Source: Candidatus Omnitrophota bacterium (GTDB taxonomy: Bacteria > Omnitrophota > Gorgyraeia > JABMRG01). Taken from it: a stretch of 64,000 nucleotides of DNA. Location of the stretch: the NCBI GenBank assembly GCA_041650035.1, contig JBAZLY010000002.1:15436-79435 (forward strand). Reading direction: 5' to 3'. Shown piece by piece: positions 9,376-18,945 of this stretch (position 1 is its first letter; every line of letters begins with the position of its first letter). Under the pieces are notes generated by a model that ran no database searches, was not told where the DNA came from, and was given only the letters and a program-made list of their open reading frames with translations. The translations under genes and the position numbers were made by a program.

Positions 9376-10545
9376 ATGGACAACTTCAAATACCACTCTC
9401 CTACAACGGTATATTTTGGAAAAGGCCAGATCGAATCGCTTTCGCGCGAGATCATGGACAAAGGCTTCAAAAATATACTCATTGTAACCGGCATGTCAAG
9501 CGCGAAAAAACACTCCGTATTCGATGAGGCCGTCTCACGGATAAAGGAGGCCGGCGCGCGCTATTTTGAGCTTTCAGGCATACAACCCAATCCAAAGATA
9601 AAAACGGTCTATGAAGGCATACGGATATGCAGGCGCGATAATATAGACCTTGTCCTCGGTATTGGCGGAGGCAGTGTGATAGACACCTCAAAGGCAATCG
9701 CGGCTGGGGCTGTTTATGACGGTGACTGCTGGGATTTTTTTAAAAAAACGGCTGTGTGCCAAAAATCACTTCCAATAGGTTGTGTATTGACCCTTGCGGC
9801 CACAGGCACAGAGACAAACGGGAACGCTGTCATAACTCATGAGGAACATGTAAAAAAAGCGGCATTGTGCGCCAATACACTAAGGCCGGTATTCGCGATA
9901 TTAGACCCGGTATACACGTTTACAGTTGATGAGTTCAATACCGCCGCGGGCATAGTCGATATCATGACCCATGTCTTTGAACAGTATTTCAGCCATACAC
10001 AAGCCTGTGATATCCAGGACAGGCTCTCCGAAGGCATACTCAATGTATGCGTAAAATACGCCCCCATCGTCCTGCGAGAACCGCAAAATTACGATGTTAG
10101 GGCGAATATCATGTGGGCTGGGACGCTGGCATTAAACGGCCTGCTCGGCGTGGGCCGGCGCGGAGATTGGTCTTCTCACGGCATAGGACATGAGATAAGC
10201 GCCTTTTACGATATCAGTCACGGGGCGGGGCTTGCCATTATCGTGCCAAACTGGATGAGGCATGTCCTCAACGAAGAGACGGCCTGCAGATTTGCCGATT
10301 ACGGCAGGAGCATCTGGTCCGCCAACCCGAGAAACAGCTCATTGGATATAGCTAATTACGCCATCGACAAGACAAGGGATTTTTTTAATTCTCTCGGTAT
10401 GCCGTCGGGCTTAAGGCAGATGGGCATAGATGATAGCAGATTTAAGGAAATGGCAGAAGGTGCCGCCGGCAATGGGGTGCATCTGGGATCATTTATCCCT
10501 CTCGATAAAGATGACATACTATCCATACTCATGGCATCATTATAA
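9376..10545 (+). CDS. iron-containing alcohol dehydrogenase (YqhD/BdhA-like)
   Basis: GGGSVID glycine motif, Fe-ADH His-rich C-terminal half; 389 aa. Confidence 0.8.
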   Translation: MDNFKYHSPTTVYFGKGQIESLSREIMDKGFKNILIVTGMSSAKKHSVFDEAVSRIKEAGARYFELSGIQPNPKIKTVYEGIRICRRDNIDLVLGIGGGSVIDTSKAIAAGAVYDGDCWDFFKKTAVCQKSLPIGCVLTLAATGTETNGNAVITHEEHVKKAALCANTLRPVFAILDPVYTFTVDEFNTAAGIVDIMTHVFEQYFSHTQACDIQDRLSEGILNVCVKYAPIVLREPQNYDVRANIMWAGTLALNGLLGVGRRGDWSSHGIGHEISAFYDISHGAGLAIIVPNWMRHVLNEETACRFADYGRSIWSANPRNSSLDIANYAIDKTRDFFNSLGMPSGLRQMGIDDSRFKEMAEGAAGNGVHLGSFIPLDKDDILSILMASL

Positions 10546-10721
10546 AAATATCCGGCATATTTTTTCACCGCAGGCGCTGAAAATCCTTGACATAATACCG
10601 TGGCAGGGATAAACTTGTCAAGTATGAGGGGGTAAAAAGACAATCGGGAAAATTTTGGTTTTCTTTGCCCGGAACCAAAAGAGGGCTTGTTAAAAAATTT
10701 TACAAAAATGGTATTTTTTTA

Positions 10722-10750
10722 TTGACAGATACGCTTAATTGTATTACAAT
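10722..10750 (+). promoter_or_regulatory. sigma70 promoter TTGACA-17-TACAAT, then a ~130-nt cold-shock-type 5-prime UTR
   Basis: TTGACA 10722-10727, TACAAT 10745-10750; long leader is typical of csp genes. Confidence 0.45.
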
Positions 10751-10880
10751 GACAATGAAAGTAAATAAGGCAGTAGAAATGTTTGTAGCCGCAAGGTAAA
10801 GAAACAGCTCGCCTTGCGGATTTTTAATCTGTGCCATTATTTACTAGCATTAAATTCTTAAGAAAGGAGGTTAGTGAGTA

Positions 10881-11081
10881 ATGGCAAAAGGAAAAGTTAA
10901 ATGGTTTAATAACCAAAAAGGCTACGGTTTCATTACTCCTGAAGACGGTAAGGACGTATTCGTTCATTACAGCGCTCTTCAGGGTGAGGGATATAAGTCG
11001 CTTGAGGAAGGCCAGGATGTTGAGTTCGAGATAGAACAGGGCCCTAAAGGCGAACAAGCCAAAAATGTAACAAAGATATAA
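10881..11081 (+). CDS. cspA: cold-shock protein CspA family
   Basis: [19 protein letters not shown]1 and [11 protein letters not shown]2 motifs; AAGGAGG RBS. Confidence 0.9.
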   Translation: MAKGKVKWFNNQKGYGFITPEDGKDVFVHYSALQGEGYKSLEEGQDVEFEIEQGPKGEQAKNVTKI

Positions 11082-11160
11082 CCGGATAAGACGTCTCCGG
11101 CATATAAAGACGGCCGTTTAGCTTAGTAAGTCTAAGTTACGCGGTCGTTTTTATTTTTTA
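11082..11160 (+). terminator. candidate intrinsic terminator region downstream of csp
   Basis: Hairpins CCGGA...TCCGG and CTTAG...CTAAG followed by GTTTTTATTTTTT. Confidence 0.35.
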
Positions 11161-11357
11161 CTTGAAAGAGGGGCGCGATAGCGGTATAGTATCCGAGAAT
11201 AAATAAACTTTGCACATAGCAAGGCCCGCGGGGAAAAACATCCGCAGAAATGGTCTGCCTGCCTCGTGGATTTTGAAAAATATCCTAAATGACAAAAGAG
11301 TTTTTCCGCGCAATAAAATATTAAGGGCGCGGGTAAATCATGCCTTAAGAAGCCTTT

Positions 11358-11723
11358 ATGGTAATCAAGATCACGGGTTGGATCTGGTTTTGCGTTGGTA
11401 TTATACTATTGCTTTTTCCAGGCCTTCTGCGCCAACGCATACTAAGGAAGGGTAATAAGATCATTAGGAAATACCTGTTTGCCGTTATGCTTGTCATTAT
11501 CGCGGCCTTGATGACAACAGGGCTTAAAATCGCCGGCGGTATGCGGGTAAAACTCTTTATAGCAATAGGCATTATTTTAATCGTCAAATTCACATTCACC
11601 GTCAAGTCTAATTTTGCGCGCAAGACCTCTGTTTTTTTGCAGGAACAGCCGCTCTTGTTTTTTAGGGTAGTGGCCCTTGCGCAGGCGGTTACGGGGCTTT
11701 TTATGATATTGTTCGCGAGGTAA
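11358..11723 (+). CDS. hypothetical small membrane protein (121 aa, about 3-4 TM)
   Basis: Hydrophobic ORF; no family recognised. Confidence 0.4.
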   Translation: MVIKITGWIWFCVGIILLLFPGLLRQRILRKGNKIIRKYLFAVMLVIIAALMTTGLKIAGGMRVKLFIAIGIILIVKFTFTVKSNFARKTSVFLQEQPLLFFRVVALAQAVTGLFMILFAR

Positions 11724-11755
11724 TACCGGATGCATCCGGAAAAAAGGCCTTGAGC

Positions 11756-12355
11756 ATGGACACGTATGATACAATATTAAAAAGAAGATCTATCCGCAGT
11801 TTCAGCGATAAGCCGGTCAAGATGAAAAACCTGCGCCGTATGGTAAATGCCGCCAGGCTTGCCCCAAGCGCGGGCAACATGCAGATATTGGAGTTTATCA
11901 TAGTCACATCAAAGCGTTTACGAGGCGGGGTATTCAAATGCCTGCGATGGGCAGGGTATCTCGCGCCAAGATTAAACCCCCGCGCGGGGCATGAACCAAA
12001 AGCGTATATCATTATACTGACCAACTCGTCTAAGCCGGCTTCATCGGATAACAAAGTGCTTACGCCTGATTTGCGGGATATCGGGGCGGCGGCTGAAAAT
12101 ATAATGCTGACAGCCCAGGCAAACAATATAGTCAGCTGCTGGCTGGGCGCTATCGATAAAGAAGGGTTAAGCCGGCTATTCTCGCTTCCCGGACATATAA
12201 CGATAGACTCTGTTATCGCCCTGGGGTATCCTAACGCGTCCTCAAAGGCCGTAAGATTCAAAGGCTCTGTTAAATATTTCCTTGATAAAAATAATACCTT
12301 AAACGTCCCCAAGAGAAGCCTTAATCACATAACACATATTAACGGGTTCTCTTAA
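11756..12355 (+). CDS. nitroreductase family protein (second paralog)
   Basis: ILKRRSIRSF...AARLAPSAGN motif; ATG at 11756 preferred over TTG at 11750. Confidence 0.75.
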   Translation: MDTYDTILKRRSIRSFSDKPVKMKNLRRMVNAARLAPSAGNMQILEFIIVTSKRLRGGVFKCLRWAGYLAPRLNPRAGHEPKAYIIILTNSSKPASSDNKVLTPDLRDIGAAAENIMLTAQANNIVSCWLGAIDKEGLSRLFSLPGHITIDSVIALGYPNASSKAVRFKGSVKYFLDKNNTLNVPKRSLNHITHINGFS

Positions 12356-12434
12356 ATCAGCAGGCATTCACGTCTTCGGCGGCGGTTCCCGGGGCCGTAT
12401 TCATCTTTAAAAAGGATTTTGACCGTGTTTCGTT

Positions 12435-13670
12435 ATGCGCAAAAAAAATCAACCTGAAAAACCTAAAAGGATAGAGCTTTCCGCGCCGGCAGGAAACTGG
12501 TGCGCTTTAAGGACAGCTGTCAAGGCCGGGGCCGACAGTGTCTATTTCGGCATCAGGGGGCTTAATATGAGGCAGGGGGCTGACAATTTTGACATGCTCG
12601 AGCTTGGCAAGATAATGGATTTTCTACGCGGTAAAGACAAAAAAGGGTATCTTGCCTTAAACACCATAATCCTTAACCGCGACATCAAAAAATCCGAGAC
12701 GATACTAATCCAGGCTAAAAAACACGGTGTCCATGCCGTTATATGCTGGGATATGTCACTGTTCTCCATGGCAAGAGACTTAAACCTTGATATACATCTC
12801 TCCACGCAGGCAGGTGTTGCCAACAAAAACGCCTTAAAATATTATGCCCAGTCAGGCGCTAAAAGGGTAGTCATTGCCAGAGAATGCGGCCTTGACGGCA
12901 TAACGGAAACCGCCGAATTCATAAAAAAAGAGCATATCCCGTGCGAGATAGAGGTATTCATACACGGGGCCATGTGCGTAAGCGTATCAGGCAGGTGTTT
13001 TTTATCGCATGAGTCATTTAAAAAATCGGCCAACAAAGGCGAATGTCTTCAACCGTGCAGGCGCATGTTCTTTATACAGGACACTGATAATGAAAGCGGC
13101 TACAGAATAGGGCCTGATTATCTGTTAAGCCCCAAGGACTTATGTGTCATGCCTTTTATCGAAAAGATGATGGAGTCGGGGGCGGATGTGTTCAAGATAG
13201 AGGGCAGGAACCGTTCTCCGGAGTATGTCAAAGAGGTGACCCTTTGTTATCATGAGGCGATGGCTGCCTATTATGGCCGTCGGTTAGACACGCGGCTTAA
13301 AAAGGGACTTCTTAAGCGGCTTGGGTCAACATATAACAGGGGCCTGGACGGCGGATTTTACCTCGAAAAACCCGGTGGGCTGGATAACAGTCCGCGCAAG
13401 GGCGGTGAAAAGATATACGCCGGCAGGATAATGCGCTTTTTTTCAAAGATAAGCGTAGCCGATGTCCTGGTAGAAAAAGGCCCTCTAAAAATAGGGGATA
13501 AAATCCTGGTATCAGGCAAACATACGCCTGCCGAATATTGCCTCATTCGAGAAATGCAGATGGAAAAAAACCCCCTGCAAACAGCCTTAAAAGGCTGGCG
13601 GATAGGTATAAAGATCCCATTCAAGGCGCATGTAAACGATAAGGTCTTTTTCATAAAAGAATCGTGTTAG
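12435..13670 (+). CDS. peptidase U32 family protein (PrtC/YhbU/RlhA-like)
   Basis: Characteristic U32 E.G..R and Cys-rich CVSVSGRCFLS...CLQPCRR segments; 411 aa. Confidence 0.8.
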   Translation: MRKKNQPEKPKRIELSAPAGNWCALRTAVKAGADSVYFGIRGLNMRQGADNFDMLELGKIMDFLRGKDKKGYLALNTIILNRDIKKSETILIQAKKHGVHAVICWDMSLFSMARDLNLDIHLSTQAGVANKNALKYYAQSGAKRVVIARECGLDGITETAEFIKKEHIPCEIEVFIHGAMCVSVSGRCFLSHESFKKSANKGECLQPCRRMFFIQDTDNESGYRIGPDYLLSPKDLCVMPFIEKMMESGADVFKIEGRNRSPEYVKEVTLCYHEAMAAYYGRRLDTRLKKGLLKRLGSTYNRGLDGGFYLEKPGGLDNSPRKGGEKIYAGRIMRFFSKISVADVLVEKGPLKIGDKILVSGKHTPAEYCLIREMQMEKNPLQTALKGWRIGIKIPFKAHVNDKVFFIKESC

Positions 13671-13808
13671 GCAAGGGTTAACTTCAAATCGCCCTTTAAA
13701 TACATGATAAAATCCTTTGAACTATAACCAAATGTCTGACTAAATACCCTTGACAATCGTCACTCAATAATGTAAGCTGATATTTCATTTAACAAAAAGG
13801 AGGCAAAG

Positions 13809-14045
13809 ATGCCGTATGACAGCAGTCTGGACCAGCAGTTATTCACAAAATCGTGCGAAACAGACAATGGAAGGCTAAGCGTAAGCGTGTATTCCTATAA
13901 TAACGGTCCGAAAAAAATACAGATATCAAGAGAGTCCAGGGACCAGCAGGATAATTTAAAATTCGCCAAGTTGGGCAGGGTATCAAAATCCGAGATGCAA
14001 TGCCTTTTGCCTATTATACAAGAGGCCCTTTCCAAAATAGATTGA
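13809..14045 (+). CDS. PC4/p15-like ssDNA-binding protein (YdbC-like)
   Basis: RLSVSVYSYNNGPKKIQISRE...KLGRVSKSEMQCLL resembles the PC4 C-terminal domain; AAGGAGG RBS. Confidence 0.5.
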   Translation: MPYDSSLDQQLFTKSCETDNGRLSVSVYSYNNGPKKIQISRESRDQQDNLKFAKLGRVSKSEMQCLLPIIQEALSKID

Positions 14046-14125
14046 TCTTATTGCCGGCTGAAGGCAGCACACCGCTTATTGGCCTTTGAATAAAGACATA
14101 TAAGCGACAAGGCGAGGTAAGGAAA

Positions 14126-14863
14126 ATGGCCCGCAATAAAACATATATATACGGCAAAAACTCTATCTATGAGCGCTTAAAAGTAAATCCTAAGTCCATT
14201 AGAAGCGTGTATGTGCAGGAAAATTTCAATGCCCCTCACATAATCCAGCTTTTGAAAACAAACAGCATAGCTTACAGGGTCGTGCGTGAAAAAGAGCTGT
14301 TAAGGATCAAGCGCGCGGACAGGCTGCAGGGTATTGTCGCCGAGGTAACAAGTTTTGAATACACGCCTTTTGAGAGCATCCTAAACCCGGATAAAATCAA
14401 CAGGCCATGCGTGCTATTCCTTGATGATATAAACGACCCGCATAATCTCGGTTCCATCTTAAGGATAACCGCCTGTTTCGGCGGTTTTGCCGTTGTCATC
14501 CCGGGACATTCAAGCTGTCAGGTAAACGATACAGTTATCCATGTCGCTTCAGGGGGAGAAAATTTTACACCTGTAGCCCTTGTAAACAACCTGCTAAACG
14601 CTATTACCAAGGCCAAGAAAGCGGGCTACTGGGTAGGGGCCTCGGTCATTGATGGCGGCCATGATATAGCGAATTTCAAATTCCCAGCTCCATTCGCGCT
14701 TGTGCTCGGTTCCGAAGGCAAGGGCATAAAACCAGCCATACTAAAACATATTGACCTGCTCGTAACATTAAATATGAAAGGCGAGCCGCTTTCGCTTAAT
14801 GTGGCTATGGCAGGCGCCATATTTTGCCATGAGATCTCTAAACAGGCAGAAAGCGCGAAATGA
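14126..14863 (+). CDS. rlmB: 23S rRNA (guanosine-2'-O)-methyltransferase, SpoU/TrmH family (RlmB-like)
   Basis: SpoU substrate-binding N-domain plus SPOUT motifs LVLGSEGKG and NVAMAGAI. Confidence 0.8.
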   Translation: MARNKTYIYGKNSIYERLKVNPKSIRSVYVQENFNAPHIIQLLKTNSIAYRVVREKELLRIKRADRLQGIVAEVTSFEYTPFESILNPDKINRPCVLFLDDINDPHNLGSILRITACFGGFAVVIPGHSSCQVNDTVIHVASGGENFTPVALVNNLLNAITKAKKAGYWVGASVIDGGHDIANFKFPAPFALVLGSEGKGIKPAILKHIDLLVTLNMKGEPLSLNVAMAGAIFCHEISKQAESAK

Positions 14864-15762
14864 CCCCTGTTTTTAGAAAATGGCCAGTGATAAAGGCGTC
14901 ATTAATTATCCTGCTTCTCGCGGCCGTGTCGGGCGCAACCTTCCATTTTTTCACGGATTATAAAAAAGAAAGAGCGCGGTGGGCGGGTCTCGAAATGTCT
15001 CTCCGGGAAAAAAGCAACGCATTCCGCGGACTGGCATGTATTGTCATTAAAGATTATAACCGCAACCGGCGTATCGAGATCAATCCTGAAACAAAAGTCG
15101 CCTCCGCCAGTATCGTAAAGATCCCCATTATGGCGGCTTTATTGTGCTCTCAAAAAGAAAAAGGCTTTTCGTTATCCGATAAAATAGAACTCAAACAGAA
15201 AGACATAACCGGAGGCTCCGGAACTCTAAAAAATACCCGGGCAGGGAAGGAATTCAGCATAAAAGAACTCATGGAACTGATGATCTCCATAAGCGATAAT
15301 ACCGCGACAAATATACTAATTAAATTTCTCGGCTTTGATTTCCTTAATTCGTGGATGAAAAAGGCCGGGCTGAAGAACACAAATCTGTCCAGGCTGATGA
15401 TGGATATGGCGGCAAGGAAAAGGGGCGTTGAAAACTACACTACGGCAGACGATATCGCCTTAATACTTGACAAGATATATCTAAACAGCCTGCCTGATAG
15501 AAACGCCTCCGCCGAATGCCTGCGCGTGTTAAAAACACAAAAGACCCGCAACAGGATACCGGCAAAACTGCCGCGGGGCACGGTAATAGCGCATAAGACA
15601 GGCCTTGAAAACGGCGTCTGCCACGACGCGGGCATAGTATTCACGAAAAACGGCAACTTTCTCATATGCGTCCTTACCGCGCATCGAAATACCAATTCTT
15701 ATAAATCGAGGAAATTTATAGCGGCCATAGCGGAGACGGTTTACAAGTATTACGTGCCTTAA
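14860..15762 (+). CDS. class A beta-lactamase-family serine hydrolase
   Basis: SxxK (SIVK), SDN and KTG motifs in canonical order; N-terminal TM/signal; start overlaps rlmB stop. Confidence 0.6.
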   Translation: MTPVFRKWPVIKASLIILLLAAVSGATFHFFTDYKKERARWAGLEMSLREKSNAFRGLACIVIKDYNRNRRIEINPETKVASASIVKIPIMAALLCSQKEKGFSLSDKIELKQKDITGGSGTLKNTRAGKEFSIKELMELMISISDNTATNILIKFLGFDFLNSWMKKAGLKNTNLSRLMMDMAARKRGVENYTTADDIALILDKIYLNSLPDRNASAECLRVLKTQKTRNRIPAKLPRGTVIAHKTGLENGVCHDAGIVFTKNGNFLICVLTAHRNTNSYKSRKFIAAIAETVYKYYVP

Positions 15763-15869
15763 GGGGTCCAGGCATTATTTGTCGTTATATTGTCCGCGTA
15801 ACGGAATTTTCTTGTAATTGGCCAAAGACAAGGGTAAAATATCTTATAAATTTAAACCTGGGAGGATAT

Positions 15870-16688
15870 ATGTTTAAAAAGATCTTTGCTGTTATCGCCG
15901 TGATGTTATTCGGCATCGCTTCTTACGCCTGCGCGCAGAAAGATTACACAGGCGATCTGGAGGCGGCAAAAAAGGAACTCGCGGGGCTTGAAGAAAAAAT
16001 AGCTGACTATAAAAACAAGATCAAGGTATTGACAAAGAAATTCAACGAAGCGGATATTTCCTTAAGGCAAGACCTTATGCTGTGCAAGGCTCATATGGAT
16101 GAAAAGACATTTATCCGCGAATCCAAAAGAAGGCAATCACAGCTTAAGGGGGATTTTCAGGTTAAATACGCCCCTGTAAAATCAGAATATAATAAACTTA
16201 AAGATGCCCATAAAAGATGTTCCAGGCGCATAAAAGCCCTCGATAAAAAAATAGACCGTCTTGCCGGCGATCCCGGATACGAATCATATATCGAAAAGAT
16301 GGACGCGTGCAGGGCGGATGCGCAGGCAGCAAAAGATAAATTACATTCAGGCATTGCCGCGATATACAATGAGGCGGGGGACAAGATAGAGCAGATCACC
16401 GATATGGCGAATAAGAGCAAGATAAAGAACCAGATATTAGCTGACGCTCAAATCAAAGAACACGCCCTAAGAATGGAATATCAAAAGGAAAAACAATTAA
16501 TCGAATCCCACATAGAACAGGTACGGTCAGACTATAAAAAAAGCAAGTCGGAATTCAATTTAAACCGGGCGCAAAAGGCGCCGGAGGCAGAGGGTCAGGC
16601 GAACCTCAAGGCCAAACCGGTTAAATACACGGATAAAAATACCCGGGTAAAAAAACAACCTTCTTCCAATTTTTCTCCAGCTAATTAG
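15870..16688 (+). CDS. coiled-coil lipoprotein, hypothetical
   Basis: Signal peptide with Cys (IASYAC), Lys/Glu-rich heptad-like body; GGGAGG RBS. Confidence 0.45.
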   Translation: MFKKIFAVIAVMLFGIASYACAQKDYTGDLEAAKKELAGLEEKIADYKNKIKVLTKKFNEADISLRQDLMLCKAHMDEKTFIRESKRRQSQLKGDFQVKYAPVKSEYNKLKDAHKRCSRRIKALDKKIDRLAGDPGYESYIEKMDACRADAQAAKDKLHSGIAAIYNEAGDKIEQITDMANKSKIKNQILADAQIKEHALRMEYQKEKQLIESHIEQVRSDYKKSKSEFNLNRAQKAPEAEGQANLKAKPVKYTDKNTRVKKQPSSNFSPAN

Positions 16689-16823
16689 AAAAGTTGTTAT
16701 AAAAGGCAAATTAGATGAAGCTTTTACGGCATAGCCTGTGCAGAAGGCGGTACAGAACGCAGATCAAGATAAGACAATGGTTTGCCGCGGGGATGCGCGC
16801 CATATTAAAAAGGAGGCCCGGAC

Positions 16824-17552
16824 ATGATAAGATCAGGCAACCCCACGCTTAGAGACAACGTATTCAGCCAGTTGTCCAACGCGGGGGCATATAATGCCAT
16901 GACCGTGCAGGGGACCGTGAATAAGTCTTTTCTGATGGCCCTGCTTGTCGTTTTTTCGGCAAGCCTGGTATGGAACAGGCCTTCGGCCGCTGCCGGGCTT
17001 CTACTACCTTCATTGGCCGTCGGTTTTATTATAGCCCTTGTCACGGTATTTAAGAAAGAATACGCCCCTTACACGGCGCCGATATACGCCCTGACACAGG
17101 GCGTCGTATTGGGCGCCGTATCGGCTTTTTTTGAAAAAAGCTATCCTGGGATCGTTATACAGGCCGTTGGGCTTACCATATCAACCTTGATATGCATGTT
17201 AATAGCGTATAAAACAGGCATTATCAATCCTACGCAACGTTTCAGGTTAGGCATAATAGCGGCGACAGGCGGTATAGCGCTTTTTTATCTAACAGGCCTG
17301 ATTATGAGCTTTTTCGGGTTCAATATGGGGATTATCCACAGCAGCACACCCATAGGAATAGCCTTTAGCGCAGTTGTCGTCATTGTAGCGGCGCTTAATC
17401 TTGTTATTGACTTTGATTTTATTGTCAAAGGCGCCGCTTATAATGCGCCGGGATATATGGAGTGGTATGGCGCCTTTGCCCTGATGGTCACCTTGATATG
17501 GCTTTACCTTGAGATCTTAAGGCTGCTGTCAAAAACGCGTAATAGGTGGTAA
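16824..17552 (+). CDS. Bax inhibitor-1/YccA family membrane protein
   Basis: About 240 aa, 7 predicted TM helices, cytosolic N-terminal tail; AAAGGAGG RBS. Confidence 0.55.
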   Translation: MIRSGNPTLRDNVFSQLSNAGAYNAMTVQGTVNKSFLMALLVVFSASLVWNRPSAAAGLLLPSLAVGFIIALVTVFKKEYAPYTAPIYALTQGVVLGAVSAFFEKSYPGIVIQAVGLTISTLICMLIAYKTGIINPTQRFRLGIIAATGGIALFYLTGLIMSFFGFNMGIIHSSTPIGIAFSAVVVIVAALNLVIDFDFIVKGAAYNAPGYMEWYGAFALMVTLIWLYLEILRLLSKTRNRW

Positions 17553-17557
17553 TCGCG

Positions 17558-18034
17558 ATGGAAAAAATATATCTTACGCAGCAAGGTCATGACAAGCTCA
17601 AACATGAACTTGAATATTTAAAGACAAAAAAAAGGCGCCAGCTCTCGGAAGAGATAGGCAAGGCCCGCGCCCTCGGCGATATAAGTGAAAATGCCGAATA
17701 CGACGCGGCAAAGGATGCCCAGGGCCTAAACGAGAAAAGGATATTTGAACTGGAGGACAAGCTGTCCCGTGCCCAGATAATAGATGAATCGCGTATGACC
17801 GCGGACATGGCCCTTATAGGGGCCACGGTAACCGTCAGGGACATTACCGCAGGCGGGGAGGAAGAATCCTATACCCTCGTCTCTGAAGCAGAGTCTGATT
17901 TTTCAAAAGGTATGATATCGGTATCGTCACCCGTAGGCAAGGCCCTTCTCGGCAAAAAAAAAGGCGAGACTGTTGATATTATTGTGCCCGCTGGCACATT
18001 AAGATACGTAATAATCAATATCGAAAGGAGGTGA
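17558..18034 (+). CDS. greA: transcription elongation factor GreA
   Basis: N-terminal coiled coil with acidic tip (LGDISENAEYDAAK), C-terminal FKBP-like domain; AGGTGG RBS. Confidence 0.9.
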   Translation: MEKIYLTQQGHDKLKHELEYLKTKKRRQLSEEIGKARALGDISENAEYDAAKDAQGLNEKRIFELEDKLSRAQIIDESRMTADMALIGATVTVRDITAGGEEESYTLVSEAESDFSKGMISVSSPVGKALLGKKKGETVDIIVPAGTLRYVIINIERR

Positions 18035-18040
18035 ACCTGT

Positions 18041-18394
18041 ATGAGAATCCTGTTGGCATGCGTTGCCATTATGCTGTTTTCCTGCGCCACGTTAGTTCAA
18101 GCTGAAGATATGCCGGGTGAAGAGGCGCAATCTTTTTATTCTTACGGCGAGGTGTTGAGCGTATCAGCTGATCAGATCCTTATCAAGGAATTCGATTATG
18201 TGACAGGGGATGAAAAAGAGGCTGTTTATCATATCGACAAAGAGACGTCTTTTGACTCGGTAGAATCGGCCCAGCAGATTGCCCCCGGCGAGCTCGTGGA
18301 TATTGAGTTCATTGTTTCGGAGGACGGCAGAAACATAGCAAGAGATATATTCGTTGACCGCATTGAGGATTTCGAGAATTTTGAGGAAGACTAA
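18041..18394 (+). CDS. acidic secreted/lipoprotein, hypothetical (117 aa)
   Basis: Signal peptide with LFSC lipobox-like motif; acidic C-terminus; AAGGAGGTGA RBS. Confidence 0.45.
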   Translation: MRILLACVAIMLFSCATLVQAEDMPGEEAQSFYSYGEVLSVSADQILIKEFDYVTGDEKEAVYHIDKETSFDSVESAQQIAPGELVDIEFIVSEDGRNIARDIFVDRIEDFENFEED

Positions 18395-18442
18395 TCTTTA
18401 AGCAACCGTTGTGCGCGCCAAAAATATAAGGAGGGTATTTCT

Positions 18443-18619
18443 GTGTGCTGCGAGTCATGTATACGCTATGAAAAATGTTTAGAAGATGGCCGGACAAAAG
18501 ATGAATGTTGTCCCCGCTGTCCTGAATACAATGAATGTTCAGGCGGCGATAGAGCCAGGGATTGCAGTAACAACAGCTATGACGGCTACAGCAGGGAGGA
18601 TGAGAACTATTATCAATAA
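18443..18619 (+). CDS. 58-aa Cys-rich micro-protein (9 Cys), not in ORF track
   Basis: GTG start 8 nt after consensus AGGAGG (18429-18434); VCCESCIRYEKC...ECCPRCPEYNEC...DC; frame open only from the upstream stop; strong terminator follows. Confidence 0.5.
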   Translation: MCCESCIRYEKCLEDGRTKDECCPRCPEYNECSGGDRARDCSNNSYDGYSREDENYYQ

Positions 18620-18670
18620 AGGCGGGGGTCTTTCCCGCGATTTTAAAGGCTATCGTGGTAACAGATAGGG

Positions 18671-18710
18671 CCGCGCGGATATCCGCAATACGATCCGCGT
18701 GGTTGTTTTT
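18671..18710 (+). terminator. rho-independent terminator
   Basis: 10-bp stem CCGCGCGGAT/ATCCGCGTGG (one G-U), 12-nt loop, followed by TTGTTTTT. Confidence 0.6.
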
Positions 18711-18945
18711 AAATGAACGTTTTTCCCCGTATTCGCGGGCAGCGGGCGGGCCCCGGTAAAGGCATGTTATCCGTCGTTAGACACGCATAGCTTAGGCGGC
18801 ATAGATTGGGTTATGCGATGATAAATATCCCCGCGTCAAACACCGTATGGGGACATTGCTTGTTTGCAGATACGCATTTCACGCTTCTTAACATTTACAC
18901 AATAATAGAAAGGCCCTGTAAAAACAGGCTCTTACACAGGATAAA

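Noticed and set aside
11210-11455. 81-aa ORF between csp and the small membrane protein gene
   Set aside because: It overlaps the better-supported membrane-protein ORF and the csp terminator region, has an Arg-rich low-complexity translation, and has no RBS.
18486-18668. 60-aa ORF MAGQKMNVV... reported by the ORF track
   Set aside because: It has no RBS. It overlaps the Cys-rich ORF, which has a perfect SD and a conserved-looking Cys pattern, and it runs through the terminator hairpin.
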